In this document: piece by piece, positions 19,143-29,587 of the stretch
Position numbering within the stretch: the stretch's first letter is position 1
Layout of the letters: each line of letters starts with the position of its first letter
From: Clostridium hydrogenum
Lineage (GTDB): Bacteria; Bacillota; Clostridia; Clostridiales; Clostridiaceae
DNA length: 64,000 nucleotides
Reading direction: 5' to 3'
NCBI RefSeq assembly: GCF_021432385.1
Contig: NZ_JAEACT010000002.1
Location: forward strand, 502,016-566,015
The notes under the pieces: generated by a model
The model's input: only the letters and a program-made list of their open reading frames with translations
What the model was told of the DNA's origin: nothing
The model's database searches: none
Program-made: the position numbers and the translations under genes

Positions 19143-19216
19143 GTGAAATAAAGTTCATTTTAATATTGACTTTTGTATTTCCCGGACTTAAAATGAAATA
19201 AAGTTCATTTTAATAT
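19143..19216. promoter_or_regulatory. two direct copies of a palindromic operator-like motif AAATGAA-ATAAAG-TTCATTTTAATAT
   Basis: 19143..19166 and 19191..19216. The arms AAATGAA/TTCATTT are reverse complements. Located in the divergent promoter between the TetR gene and the hydrolase gene. Confidence 0.5.
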
Positions 19217-19282
19217 CAAATAAATTATTTATGGATTCTTAAAAAATTTCCATTTAAAAACTAGCGAAACGGGGGAATAAAT

Positions 19283-20587
19283 ATGCCTAAAAACAATTGT
19301 GTCATAAAAATCATTCCAGAAAAATCTTTTATAGATGAGAAAGTGGACATAAAAATAAGTGGACTACCTAAAAATGAGAAAGTACTTATTCGAGCAGTAA
19401 GTAAAGATTACTATTGCATAAATGCCGGCATGACGGAGCAAGGAAGAAATTCAATATGGGAAGCCTATGGAATTTTTATAACAGATAACAATGGAAACAT
19501 CGATCTAAAAAATACTGCTCCAATTGAAGGAACCTATAAAACTTGCAATCCCATGGGACTGTTTTACTCTATGAGGATAAAAAGGCTGAATAAATGCACT
19601 CCTCCTCAAAAACTCCATGAAGTTAGTGAAAATAGAAATTACAATGTTCTTTTTACAGTTGAAGTTAATAATGAAGTTTTAACATCTCAAAAGCATACAA
19701 GAGTGTTTTGTGATGAAACAATAAAAAGTGAAACCATTATAAATAAAAATCTTGTAGCACGTTATTTTACAAGCAATAAAATTGAAAAAAGGCCTGCAAT
19801 TATTGTAGTAAGCGGAAGTGATGGAAGAATTGAAAAAGCTCAAGCAATTTCAGAAATCTTTGCAGCAAAAGGTTACTCTGCACTTGCAGTATGCTATTTC
19901 GGAATGGAAGGGACTTCACCTTGTCTAAATAAAATACCTCTTGAAATAATTAAAAATGCTATTGACTGGCTAAGTATGCAAGATACTGTTGATAAAAATC
20001 GCATTGCCATTTATGGACGATCAAAGGGTGGGGAATTAGTTCTTCTTGCAGCTTCTCTTTTTAAAGAATTAAATTGTGTTATTGCAAACGTACCAAGCTG
20101 CTATATATATGAAGGCTTGAAAAACGCTCTTCCTTCTCATCAGTCATCATGGACATACCAAAACAAAGAACTTCCTTTTTTAAAATTTTCTATGTTCTTA
20201 CTTATAAAAATGGCTATTAAAAAGCTTCTTGGTCAAGAAAACATCATGTCCTGGATGTATAAAAATTTAATAAAAAAAGGTAATACAACTACAGCTGCAA
20301 TTGCATTGGAAAAAATAAATGGTCCAATTTTAATGTTATCTTCAGCATCAGATAATATATGGCCATCACTATTACATTGTGAAATAGCGTCAAAAAGATT
20401 GACAGAAAAAAATTTTAAATACAACTATAAGCATTGTACATATGAAAAATCAGGTCATATGCTTACGTTGCCATTTCAATCCATATCCTCTTTAAATAAG
20501 TGCAATAATAACTTAGAAGCTTGGGCAAAAGCTTGTATTGATTCTTGGGAAGAAACAATTGAATTCTTAAATAATTGGACAAGGTAG
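19283..20587 (+). CDS. BAAT/acyl-CoA thioester hydrolase-like alpha/beta hydrolase
   Basis: GxSxG nucleophile elbow (GRSKGGELVLLAAS) and a C-terminal His (SGHM) in an alpha/beta-hydrolase context. An N-terminal beta-rich domain, as in the BAAT/acyl-CoA thioesterase family. Confidence 0.5.
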   Translation: MPKNNCVIKIIPEKSFIDEKVDIKISGLPKNEKVLIRAVSKDYYCINAGMTEQGRNSIWEAYGIFITDNNGNIDLKNTAPIEGTYKTCNPMGLFYSMRIKRLNKCTPPQKLHEVSENRNYNVLFTVEVNNEVLTSQKHTRVFCDETIKSETIINKNLVARYFTSNKIEKRPAIIVVSGSDGRIEKAQAISEIFAAKGYSALAVCYFGMEGTSPCLNKIPLEIIKNAIDWLSMQDTVDKNRIAIYGRSKGGELVLLAASLFKELNCVIANVPSCYIYEGLKNALPSHQSSWTYQNKELPFLKFSMFLLIKMAIKKLLGQENIMSWMYKNLIKKGNTTTAAIALEKINGPILMLSSASDNIWPSLLHCEIASKRLTEKNFKYNYKHCTYEKSGHMLTLPFQSISSLNKCNNNLEAWAKACIDSWEETIEFLNNWTR

Positions 20588-20596
20588 GATTAAAAT

Positions 20597-23191
20597 TTAT
20601 GTTATTAATCCTACCTTCTTAGCCTTTTCTACCGCTTGCACTCTATTTGAAACTTCAAGCTTAGAATAAATATTTATCATATGAGTTTTTACCGTAGCCA
20701 AAGATATGTGCAGGATTCCTGCGATTTCCTTATTTGAGTGTCCTGCGCAAAGAACCTTTAGTACTTCCTTTTCTCTCTCACTTAAGAGGTCATTTTTCTG
20801 GGTTTTATTTGGCTCTTCTATATCAATTATCCTTTGAATAAATTCTTTTTCATTATTATTCAATTCTATTTCATTATCATTTTTAAGCTTTTTAATAAGC
20901 TGAAGCAGCCATTTACCTTCAATTATATAAACTCTTAAATATCTATTTTGTATGCTATAATGAATAGCTTCTCTAAGCAAATTATATATTTCTCTTTTTT
21001 TTGTGTTAAAATCTTTTTCAAGTATTAAAATCTTTATTACTATTCCTTCAATTAGAAAGCTTCCCATTGAATATTTTCTACAACCTTCCAAAACTTCATT
21101 AATACCCTTTAAAGCTTCTTCCTTTTGTGAAAGCAAATATAAAACTCTGCAATAAACTATTTTATCTTCAATAGTTACATACATTTCTTTATTGTTTCTA
21201 TATTTCTCAATTAATTCTTTATATTCAATAAGCTCTGATTCTTCATATGCTTTAAGTGGCAGTGTAAATTTTAATTTTGCAGAAAAAAAGCGGCAAGGAA
21301 GGTAGGTTTTTGATGCACTATATTCCCCTATGAGTTTATCTGCTATTTCAATTCCCTTCTTAATCTCGCCCTTAACAAAGCAAAACTCCATATTGTGATA
21401 AACTATGGTATTTTTTATAATGGGCGCGTGCATTTCTAAATCTCCAGATACTATACTAAGGCTTTTTTCAGCTTTATCAATTTCATACCTTTTTATGTAT
21501 ATACCTGCAACCCCTAAATCATATACAAATTTAAAGTAGCTTAAAAAACTGTTTTTATCAACAATGTTTTTAATCTCTCTATAAGTTTCAATCACTTTAG
21601 AAAATTCGCCCATCTCTTCAAACTTTGAAGCCATCTGAAATTTTGCAAAAATACTAAGAGAAACCATATTATACTTTTTAGCAATTCTATCAGTTTCTAA
21701 AATATAGTACATAGCCTTATCATATTCATCGTATTTATAAAGAAACATCCAAATGTTAGAATAGATTATTGCCCTAGTAATCTCACTGAGCTTAACTTTT
21801 TCAATAAGCTTTAAATCTTCATCTGTAATAGTTGTATGGTAATTATATATATACAATTTAAATATATTTGCAATGGCTTTTAGTTCTGTTTTATCACTGT
21901 TATTTATCTTTTCCACTATTTGCTTGCACGCACCTACATCCATATTCGATAAATGATAAAAAATTCTTTGAACCATGAGCTCACTACTATCCATAAGTTT
22001 TTCTAAGGGTATTTCTTTAATATATGGCAATAACTTCATGTTGGTTATATTTTCTTCTATATCCTTAATCGCCTTATCGTAAGCTTTTATTTCTAACAAG
22101 TGCTTTATGCCTTCGTTAAGATCGTCATTTTCCTTTAAATAATTATATGCCCTTAAGTGAAGTTCTTTCTTTTCACTTTCCTCTAGCTTTTCAAAATTGA
22201 TATTCAAAAACTCCTTAAAAAGATGATGATATCTAAATACATTTTCTCTCTCATTAAGCGTTATTATAAATAAGTTTTTATCTACTAAGCAATTTATTAT
22301 ATCTCTAGAATTGTCCATTTTAAGTATATAATTGCAAAACTCTGCATCAAACCAATTTAAAATTGAAGTTCTTATAATAAAATTTCTTTCTTCTTCACTA
22401 AGTCCTTTAAGTATTTCCTCTGTTAAATATTCAATAACATATTTATTAATGACATCTATTTTTTCAATATCCTTTTTATTTTTAAATGCCAAAGCTGTAA
22501 GTTGTATTCCGCCTATCCAGCCTTCTGAGATGCTAAAAACCTTACTCACAAACTCTTCTGATAAATCAAACTTTAACGTATTTTTTATAAAGTTTAAACA
22601 TTCCTCCTTTGAAAATTTAAGTTGACTTTCATCAAACTCCAAAATTTCATCCCTTACCCTAAGCTCCCCAAGATAAATAGGGAACTCCTCTCTGGTAAGG
22701 AACACATAATGCATATTTGTGGGAGAATATTTTATAAGATATTCTACTGTAGCATTTAATGCCTTTTCTTTAATGTAGTGATAATCATCAAACACCACTA
22801 TAATATCTTCCTCTGTTGAAATTTTATTTACTATATAGGCTGCAATATTTAACACATCATCTTTATTTACCATACCATTCAAAAAATCAATAAGCTTTTC
22901 ACCATGTTCTGGAATATAATCTTTAATAGCTTCAATAAAGTAATACCAAAAAGAATATATATTATTATTACTCTCATCCAAGTTTACCCACTGAATATTT
23001 TTAGGTTTCTTATCTTCTATAAAAGAAGAGAGCAGTGTAGACTTACCGCTTCCTGCTGCTCCCTTTATTATTGTTACTTTGTATTCAAATATATTACTTA
23101 GTTCACTTATTAGCCTTTCTCTTTTAATGCAATTTTTTCTCGGTATTGGCGCTATAAGCTTTGTTCTTATCAAATTAAATTCATTTTTCAT
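20597..23191 (-). CDS. LuxR-family transcriptional regulator, large ATP-binding (LAL/MalT-like)
   Basis: 864 aa. N-terminal P-loop GAAGSGKST. Long helical/TPR-like middle region. C-terminal LuxR HTH (EIAGILHISLATVKTHMINIYSKLEVSNRVQAV). Confidence 0.8.
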   Translation of the reverse strand: MKNEFNLIRTKLIAPIPRKNCIKRERLISELSNIFEYKVTIIKGAAGSGKSTLLSSFIEDKKPKNIQWVNLDESNNNIYSFWYYFIEAIKDYIPEHGEKLIDFLNGMVNKDDVLNIAAYIVNKISTEEDIIVVFDDYHYIKEKALNATVEYLIKYSPTNMHYVFLTREEFPIYLGELRVRDEILEFDESQLKFSKEECLNFIKNTLKFDLSEEFVSKVFSISEGWIGGIQLTALAFKNKKDIEKIDVINKYVIEYLTEEILKGLSEEERNFIIRTSILNWFDAEFCNYILKMDNSRDIINCLVDKNLFIITLNERENVFRYHHLFKEFLNINFEKLEESEKKELHLRAYNYLKENDDLNEGIKHLLEIKAYDKAIKDIEENITNMKLLPYIKEIPLEKLMDSSELMVQRIFYHLSNMDVGACKQIVEKINNSDKTELKAIANIFKLYIYNYHTTITDEDLKLIEKVKLSEITRAIIYSNIWMFLYKYDEYDKAMYYILETDRIAKKYNMVSLSIFAKFQMASKFEEMGEFSKVIETYREIKNIVDKNSFLSYFKFVYDLGVAGIYIKRYEIDKAEKSLSIVSGDLEMHAPIIKNTIVYHNMEFCFVKGEIKKGIEIADKLIGEYSASKTYLPCRFFSAKLKFTLPLKAYEESELIEYKELIEKYRNNKEMYVTIEDKIVYCRVLYLLSQKEEALKGINEVLEGCRKYSMGSFLIEGIVIKILILEKDFNTKKREIYNLLREAIHYSIQNRYLRVYIIEGKWLLQLIKKLKNDNEIELNNNEKEFIQRIIDIEEPNKTQKNDLLSEREKEVLKVLCAGHSNKEIAGILHISLATVKTHMINIYSKLEVSNRVQAVEKAKKVGLIT

Positions 23192-23224
23192 TTAATCATC
23201 CTTTTTAAAACATATTAAACCCAC

Positions 23225-25810
23225 TTATTCAATTAAATTAAATTGTTTTGCTTTATCAACGGCCTGCACTCTGTTTGAAACTTGAAGCTTGCCATAAATG
23301 TTTATAATATGAGTCTTTACAGTAGCTAAAGATATATTAAGAATTTCTCCTATTTCCTTATTTGAATGACCTTCACAAAGAACCTTTAAGACCTCTTTTT
23401 CTCGCTCGCTCAAAAGCTCATCCTTTTTAGTTTTATCTGGCTCTTCTATATAAAATATCTTTTGAATAACTTCTTTTTCTTTATCATTTAATTTTATATC
23501 TTTATCATTTTTAAGCTTTTTAATAAGCTCAAGCAATGGCTTGCCCTCAATTATATATACTCTTAAATATCCATTTTTTATGCTATAATGAAGTGCTTCT
23601 CTAAGCAGATTATATATTTCCCTTTTTCTAAGCTCAAAATTCTCTTTAATAAGCATTATTTTCACTACAAGTCCATCTACAAGATTAGTTTTTATAGAAT
23701 ATTTTCTCGAATATTCCAAAACTTCATCTATGACTTTTAGCGCCTCCTGTTTATTTGAAAGTAAATATAACACTCTTGAATAAACTATTCTATCCTCTGG
23801 CCTTATATATTTCCCATCGTTTTTCTCTCTTTCAAACATATCTTTAAATTGCTGCAAATCTTCTTTTTTATAAAGCTTCATTGGAAGCATATATCGAAGC
23901 TTAGCAGTAAAAATTTGAAGAGGTATAAAAGAATCTATATATACTTTTGCAAGTCCATCTGCAATTTCTTTGCCATCTTCGATTTCATTCTTTATAAATT
24001 TAATCTCCATTTCATTATAAAGAATACCAAGCTTTGTAATAGAATACTTCATGCCTATTACTTTTTTAGATATATTTAAACACTCTTCAGCTTTAGCTAT
24101 ATCATATCTTTTCATATATATACCTGCAACCCCAAGATAGTATAAACTTTTATATGCTCCCTTAAAGCCACTTTTTTCAGCCAACACTTTTATCTCATTA
24201 TATTCTGTGAGAACTTTATCATATTCACCCATATCCTCAAGTATACTTGCTATTTGACATTTTGCAAAAACGCTTAAAAAAAACATATTATATTTTTCAG
24301 CTATTTTATTAGCTTCTACTGCATATTTCATTACCTTTTCATACTCATTTTTACTCAAAAATATAGGTTGAATATTAAGATATATAACAGCCTTTGTAAT
24401 TTGACTTACTTTAAGTTCTTCTATCAATTTTAAATCTTCTTCTTTTATTTCACTGCAATAATTGTAAACATACATTTTTGATATATTGGCAAGAGACTTA
24501 GCCTCCCTTGAACCATGTTTTTCAATATAATTTATTATGTCCTTACACTCATCTACCTGCATATTCGAAAAATCATAAAAAATTCGCTGTATAATAAGTT
24601 CATTACTGGCTATTAAATTTTTAAGCGGTATTCTTTTTATATATATCCATGATTTTGGATCTGAAATATTTTCTTCTATAAGCGGTATAGCTTTTTCATA
24701 AGCTTTTATTACAAGAAGATGCCTTATGCTTTCACTTACATCCCCGTTTTCCTTTAAAAAATTACACGCTCTTAAATGAAGCACCTTTTTTTCTTCCTCA
24801 TCTAGCTTATCAAAACTCATATTTAAAAACTCACTAAAAAGATGATGATACCTAAATACAGTTTCTTCCTCATTAAGAGTTATTATAAACAAGTTTTTGT
24901 CTACAAGAGAATTTATTATATTTGCCGAATCTTCTATTTCCAAAACATAATCTGTTAAGTCAGCATTGAAATATTTAAGTATAGAAGTTTTTATAAGGAA
25001 CTCTCTTTCCCGCAGCTTCAATCCATTTAATATTTCCTCTGTCAAATATTCAATAACATACTTGTTTAAAACATTAATGCTTTCAATATGCCCCTTATTT
25101 TTTAATGCTAGAGCTGTAAATTGAAGTCCACCTATCCAACCTTCAGAAACAATAAAAATCTTATTCATGGCTTCTTCCGATATATTAAATTTTAGCGTAT
25201 TGTGCATAAAATCTAAGCATTCTGCCTTTGAAAACTTAAGTTCATTTTCATCAATTTCTAAAAGTTCATCCCTAACTCTAAATTCACCTAAATAAATTTG
25301 GAATTCCTCTCGCGTTAAAAATACATAGTGAACATTTTTAGATGAATATTTTATAAGATACTCTACTGCTAAATTCAAGTTCTTTTCCTTAATGTAATGA
25401 TAATCATCAAACACTATTAAAATATCTTCTTCCACACACATTTTGTTTATTATATAAGATATTATTTCTAGTATTTCCTCATTTTTTGTCATTCCATTTA
25501 AATTGTTAATAAGTTTTTCGCTTTCCCCAAATAAATATTCTTGAACTGCTTCTATAAAATAGTACCAAAACGAATACATTTCATTATTATCCTGATCTAA
25601 ATTTATCCATTTTACATGTTTAAACTTTTTATCCTTTATAAAAGAAGAGAGCAGTGTAGACTTGCCGCTTCCTGCTGCTCCCTTTATTATTGTTACTTTA
25701 TATTCAAATATATTATTCAGTTCACTTATGAGCCTTTCCCTTTTAATACAATTTCTTCTCGGCATTGGCGCTATAAGCTTTGTTCTTATAAAATTAAATT
25801 CATTTTGCAT
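23225..25810 (-). CDS. LuxR-family transcriptional regulator, large ATP-binding (LAL/MalT-like), paralog
   Basis: 861 aa. Same architecture as the preceding gene and alignable along the full length, for example EYKVTIIKGAAGSGKSTLLSSF, VFRYHHLF and LSEREKEVLKVLC(A/E)GHSNKEI are shared. Confidence 0.8.
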   Translation of the reverse strand: MQNEFNFIRTKLIAPMPRRNCIKRERLISELNNIFEYKVTIIKGAAGSGKSTLLSSFIKDKKFKHVKWINLDQDNNEMYSFWYYFIEAVQEYLFGESEKLINNLNGMTKNEEILEIISYIINKMCVEEDILIVFDDYHYIKEKNLNLAVEYLIKYSSKNVHYVFLTREEFQIYLGEFRVRDELLEIDENELKFSKAECLDFMHNTLKFNISEEAMNKIFIVSEGWIGGLQFTALALKNKGHIESINVLNKYVIEYLTEEILNGLKLREREFLIKTSILKYFNADLTDYVLEIEDSANIINSLVDKNLFIITLNEEETVFRYHHLFSEFLNMSFDKLDEEEKKVLHLRACNFLKENGDVSESIRHLLVIKAYEKAIPLIEENISDPKSWIYIKRIPLKNLIASNELIIQRIFYDFSNMQVDECKDIINYIEKHGSREAKSLANISKMYVYNYCSEIKEEDLKLIEELKVSQITKAVIYLNIQPIFLSKNEYEKVMKYAVEANKIAEKYNMFFLSVFAKCQIASILEDMGEYDKVLTEYNEIKVLAEKSGFKGAYKSLYYLGVAGIYMKRYDIAKAEECLNISKKVIGMKYSITKLGILYNEMEIKFIKNEIEDGKEIADGLAKVYIDSFIPLQIFTAKLRYMLPMKLYKKEDLQQFKDMFEREKNDGKYIRPEDRIVYSRVLYLLSNKQEALKVIDEVLEYSRKYSIKTNLVDGLVVKIMLIKENFELRKREIYNLLREALHYSIKNGYLRVYIIEGKPLLELIKKLKNDKDIKLNDKEKEVIQKIFYIEEPDKTKKDELLSEREKEVLKVLCEGHSNKEIGEILNISLATVKTHIINIYGKLQVSNRVQAVDKAKQFNLIE

Positions 25811-25876
25811 TTAATCACCTTATATACTTTATGTGGATATAATACTCGAAAACTTCAAATTGAAAATACAAAGTTT

Positions 25877-26150
25877 ATCCTCCTAAATTACAATTTGAAA
25901 AGCAAAGTACAAAGTACAAAGTACAGAGTACAAAGAAGGATGATTTACCTTTCGTTTTACTCAGGCAAATCTTAAACTTAAATGGTATCAGCTTCGCTGA
26001 GTACCATGTATGGCGCGATTGCGCAGCAATAAAAAAATAAGTTTTCAGATTTTTTCGTAGTGCTAACGGAGAAAAATCGTCCTTCATTGTACTTTGTACT
26101 CTGTACTTTGTACTTTGGCTTCTCCTCGATAAATCGTAATTTAACAGGAT
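25877..26150. mobile_element. complete copy of the MITE-like element (about 270 bp)
   Basis: Outer inverted repeat ATCCTCCTAAATTACAATTT ... AAATCGTAATTTAACAGGAT. Inner TIRs are heptamer tandem repeats: (AAGTACA)n-GAAGGATGATTT on the left and AAATCGTCCTTCATTGTACTTTGTACTCTGTACTTTGTACTTTG on the right. The GC-rich internal hairpins are TCAGCTTCGCTGA and GCGCGATTGCGC. Confidence 0.75.
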
Positions 26151-26230
26151 GCATCTAGAATTTATAATTTTCATATTTAAACAAGTATATCCATATCTTT
26201 ATTTTATAATACTAAGCTATAAGATGACAA

Positions 26231-27220
26231 TTAATATTTTCCAGTTTTTAAATTTCTTTTTGTAATAAAGGTTCCAAGAATAAATAACGCTAAACTCAAA
26301 CCTAAAATATAAGTTAACTGCCCATAATAATTTGATAGTCCTTTTCCATCTTCAATTCCTTGTACTAAAGTTAAATATCCCTTAAAAGGAATTGCTGTAA
26401 CTATGGTATCCAAAATCTTGTTGTCATCTGTAAAGGAATAGAAGCTTCCTGCCAAAATTGACGTTATCATAATTATTGCATTTGCAAGCATGGCAGCATT
26501 GTCTACATCATCCATAATCGACGTAATAAAAAGTGCAAAAGCTGTTCCCATAATCAAAAGCAAAGCTAAAACTCCAGCAAGTTGTAAATATGAAAATCCA
26601 ATATCAATATTAAATATAACCTTGGCACCTATTACAGCTATATAAGTTGGTATAAATGCTACTAAGAAATCAAAAATGCCCTGTGAAATTAGATACTTAC
26701 TCGAGCTTACTGGTGCTATTAGTATCCTCTTAAAAGTTCCAAAATCCCTGTCCTCCGGATAAAAAAGCATAAAATTAATTTGTAATATTAAAACTATCAT
26801 TATCAAAAATCCAATTATACTAGTTCCAACGCCTCTTTTATTATACGAGTTTGAACCCACAGTAACTGAATTTGATTTTTTAAATAGACTTGCAATTTGG
26901 CTTTTTAATTTATCATCTTTAATAGTCGTTATTTTAAAATTTCCCATTCCTTTATCTTCAACTATAGCATCATACTTATTAAGCACAAGTTCAGACATCT
27001 TAGGCTTTTCCTTTACTACCTTGAGATTAACATATTTGTTACTTAGATTTAGCTTTTGATTATTTGAAACCACTGCTATATTTGCCTTTGTCTCCATTTT
27101 TGCATTAAAATACACTCCTCCAACTATCATAAGTGGAATAAATATAACAGCATTTATAATTATTATTTTCTTACCCAGCAATCTATACAAATTATTTTTT
27201 AATATATTAAATATATTCAT
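26231..27220 (-). CDS. ABC-2 type transporter permease
   Basis: 329 aa. N-terminal TM, an extracytoplasmic loop of about 130 aa, then five TM helices, the ABC-2 topology. Immediately downstream of another permease and an ATPase. Confidence 0.6.
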   Translation of the reverse strand: MNIFNILKNNLYRLLGKKIIIINAVIFIPLMIVGGVYFNAKMETKANIAVVSNNQKLNLSNKYVNLKVVKEKPKMSELVLNKYDAIVEDKGMGNFKITTIKDDKLKSQIASLFKKSNSVTVGSNSYNKRGVGTSIIGFLIMIVLILQINFMLFYPEDRDFGTFKRILIAPVSSSKYLISQGIFDFLVAFIPTYIAVIGAKVIFNIDIGFSYLQLAGVLALLLIMGTAFALFITSIMDDVDNAAMLANAIIMITSILAGSFYSFTDDNKILDTIVTAIPFKGYLTLVQGIEDGKGLSNYYGQLTYILGLSLALFILGTFITKRNLKTGKY

Positions 27221-27975
27221 TACACATACGCCTCCGGTTTAAAGGTTAATTTGCACAAAAACATTAGCATTACTGATCCAACTAATAATATTGCTACTAC
27301 CGGTACAAACATAGAAAGATCCTTATCATAAATTATTTTTAAGGCACATTCGTTTATCCATTTTAAGGGAGATATACAAGATAACTTTTGTACTGCACTT
27401 CCAAGGCTATCCACATGAAAAAATACTCCTCCAAATATACCAAACAACATAATAAAAGGGGACATAACTTTATTTGTTGCTTCTTCACTTTTAAAAATGC
27501 AGCACATAAAAGCTCCAAATGAGCACATAAACAATATCAAGACTAATACCAATATTAATACATATATAAAATCTTCCCCGCCAAGCTTTATATTAAAAAC
27601 CTTATCCTCTATTACCATTAAAATCGTATAGCATATTGCTGCAAAAGCAGAACAAGCAAATATTTTAGACAAAAATATATTTGAAGTTTTTGTTGGCGAA
27701 TAAATAAGTCTAACATTTCCCGGCTTAATTCTCTTCTCCATAAAAGTATTTGATTCAGTAAGTGCTATATTTAAAACAAAGAAAAGTGTCATCGTCACTC
27801 CGTAATAATCATACGAAGTTACCTTTGTTCCATAACTCCCCTTTGTTATAAACCCCATTATAAGTATAAAAATCAACGGAAACACCGTATTACAAAGAAA
27901 CAATGTTGGGTTCTTTACCGTATTCATAAAATCCATTTTACATATTTTAAACAAATTCAATTGTATTACCTCCAT
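27220..27975 (-). CDS. ABC-2 type transporter permease
   Basis: 251 aa, six TM helices. Confidence 0.6.
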   Translation of the reverse strand: MEVIQLNLFKICKMDFMNTVKNPTLFLCNTVFPLIFILIMGFITKGSYGTKVTSYDYYGVTMTLFFVLNIALTESNTFMEKRIKPGNVRLIYSPTKTSNIFLSKIFACSAFAAICYTILMVIEDKVFNIKLGGEDFIYVLILVLVLILFMCSFGAFMCCIFKSEEATNKVMSPFIMLFGIFGGVFFHVDSLGSAVQKLSCISPLKWINECALKIIYDKDLSMFVPVVAILLVGSVMLMFLCKLTFKPEAYV

Positions 27976-27992
27976 CTATAATTAAAGATTTT

Positions 27993-28047
27993 CCAGAATG
28001 AAATGAAGGAAAATCATCCTTCACTGTACTCTCTACTCTATTTTTTA
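27993..28047. repeat. solo TIR fragment of the MITE-like family
   Basis: GAAATGAAGGAAAATCATCCTTCACTGTACTCTCTACTCTATTTTTTA. It fills the gap between the ATPase stop (28045..28047) and the permease start. Confidence 0.7.
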
Positions 28048-29028
28048 GTCTCTCAAGCTTCTTCCTGTAAGATTTAAAAATACTCTTTCAAGCGAAGCTG
28101 AATTAGTTGTTATATTGTTTATTTTGCAGTGCTTATTCATCATAACCATAATTAGCTTATCTAAATTTTCTACTGTATTTAGGCATATTATTTCAACCTT
28201 GTTTTTCAATATATCTACTTTTTTAACGCCTTCAACCTCAAAGAAATCATCATCGCTTAATTTTTCTACATTATCAGCTTCTATGGTATATACTTTTTCG
28301 TCTTGAATATTTTCCTTTAGCTTTTCTTTTGTCCCTTCTGCAATAATAGTCCCATGGTCCATTATTATTATTCTATCTGATATTTCCTCTACTTCTTCCA
28401 TGTAATGAGTTGTATATATTATTGTTGCGCCTCTTTTTTGAAGCTTCTTTATTGAATCTAAAATGTGATTTCTTGACTGAGGATCTATTCCAACAGTAGG
28501 CTCATCCATTATTATTAACTTTGGATTATGTGCTATAGCACAAGCTATATTAAGTCTCCTTTTCATACCGCCTGAAAATGTCTTTGCCTTATCAGCTTTT
28601 CTATCATATAAACCTACAAACTCAAGAGCTTCTTTTACCTTTTCATTTAAAATCTCACCTTTAAGTCCATACAAGCTTGCAAAGAACCTAACATTTTTTT
28701 CTGCTGTTATGTCCTCGTATATGGCTAAATCCTGAGGAACTATTCCTATATTCTTTTTAACTCTAAGTGAATTTTCTTTAACATTTTGTCCATCAAATTT
28801 AATTTCTCCACCATCGGCTTTTAAGGCTGTAGATAATATATTTATAGTTGTACTTTTCCCTGCACCGTTAGGTCCTAAAAAACCTAATATTTCTCCTTGT
28901 CTTACATTAAAACTTATTTCCTTTACTGCTTTTTTGTCCTTATATCCCTTTTCTAAATTTTTAACTTCTACTATATTTTCCAATTTCATTTCTCCCTTCA
29001 ATGTTTCCTTGATGTAAAGATAAACCAT
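28045..29028 (-). CDS. ABC transporter ATP-binding protein
   Basis: Walker A GPNGAGKST, signature SGGMKRRL, Walker B IIMDEPT, H-loop. The probable true start is M14 (MKLENIVEVKNLEKGY), around 28989. Confidence 0.85.
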   Translation of the reverse strand: MVYLYIKETLKGEMKLENIVEVKNLEKGYKDKKAVKEISFNVRQGEILGFLGPNGAGKSTTINILSTALKADGGEIKFDGQNVKENSLRVKKNIGIVPQDLAIYEDITAEKNVRFFASLYGLKGEILNEKVKEALEFVGLYDRKADKAKTFSGGMKRRLNIACAIAHNPKLIIMDEPTVGIDPQSRNHILDSIKKLQKRGATIIYTTHYMEEVEEISDRIIIMDHGTIIAEGTKEKLKENIQDEKVYTIEADNVEKLSDDDFFEVEGVKKVDILKNKVEIICLNTVENLDKLIMVMMNKHCKINNITTNSASLERVFLNLTGRSLRD

Positions 29029-29587
29029 TGTGAAACTTAAAATTTATTTGTACAAAAATGCCGTCTTCTGGGCATTATTGTGCACATGAATTTTAATAGC
29101 TGAACTAGTGTATCTATATATTAACAAAAATAACAAAAAAACAAATCAACCGAAAGATTGATTCTAAGGGTTGATTTTTAGGCAACAAAAAAAGTACATA
29201 ATATAAAACTGGACATTATTTTATTATATTATAAATCGAAATAGTAATTACTCTATAAAACTATTATTTTACTTTATGACATGTTGTATGTTTTATTTGC
29301 AATTACTTTAAAACATATACAATCGCAATATATTCAACATCACAATTATACATTTTTCTACTATTTTAAAGTTCAAATAATAAAAATAAAAAAATATATT
29401 TACATTTTTCGCATATTAAGTTATAATCAAGACATAACAATTGTTATTAATTTCAAACTTTTTGTTGGCGTTAACAAATTCCCCCTGTATTAATGAACCA
29501 GTTGAAACATCAAATTTATAAGTATATATTTGGTACTTCTAATTTTGAAGTTTCAAGTGGTTTATATTTAAAAGGAGTTGATTGTTA

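Noticed and set aside
25903-25935. Tandem 7-bp repeats (AAGTACA / GTACAGA) at many sites, considered as possible CRISPR or satellite arrays
   Set aside because: The unit is only 7 bp and there are no spacers. The repeats always occur as the inverted termini of the same about 270-bp element, so they are TIRs of a MITE-like element.
25616-26174. Track ORFs 25616..25975 (+, 119 aa) and 25875..26174 (-, 99 aa)
   Set aside because: Both lie almost entirely within the MITE-like repeat (heptamer tandem repeats give open frames by chance). No RBS, low-complexity translations.
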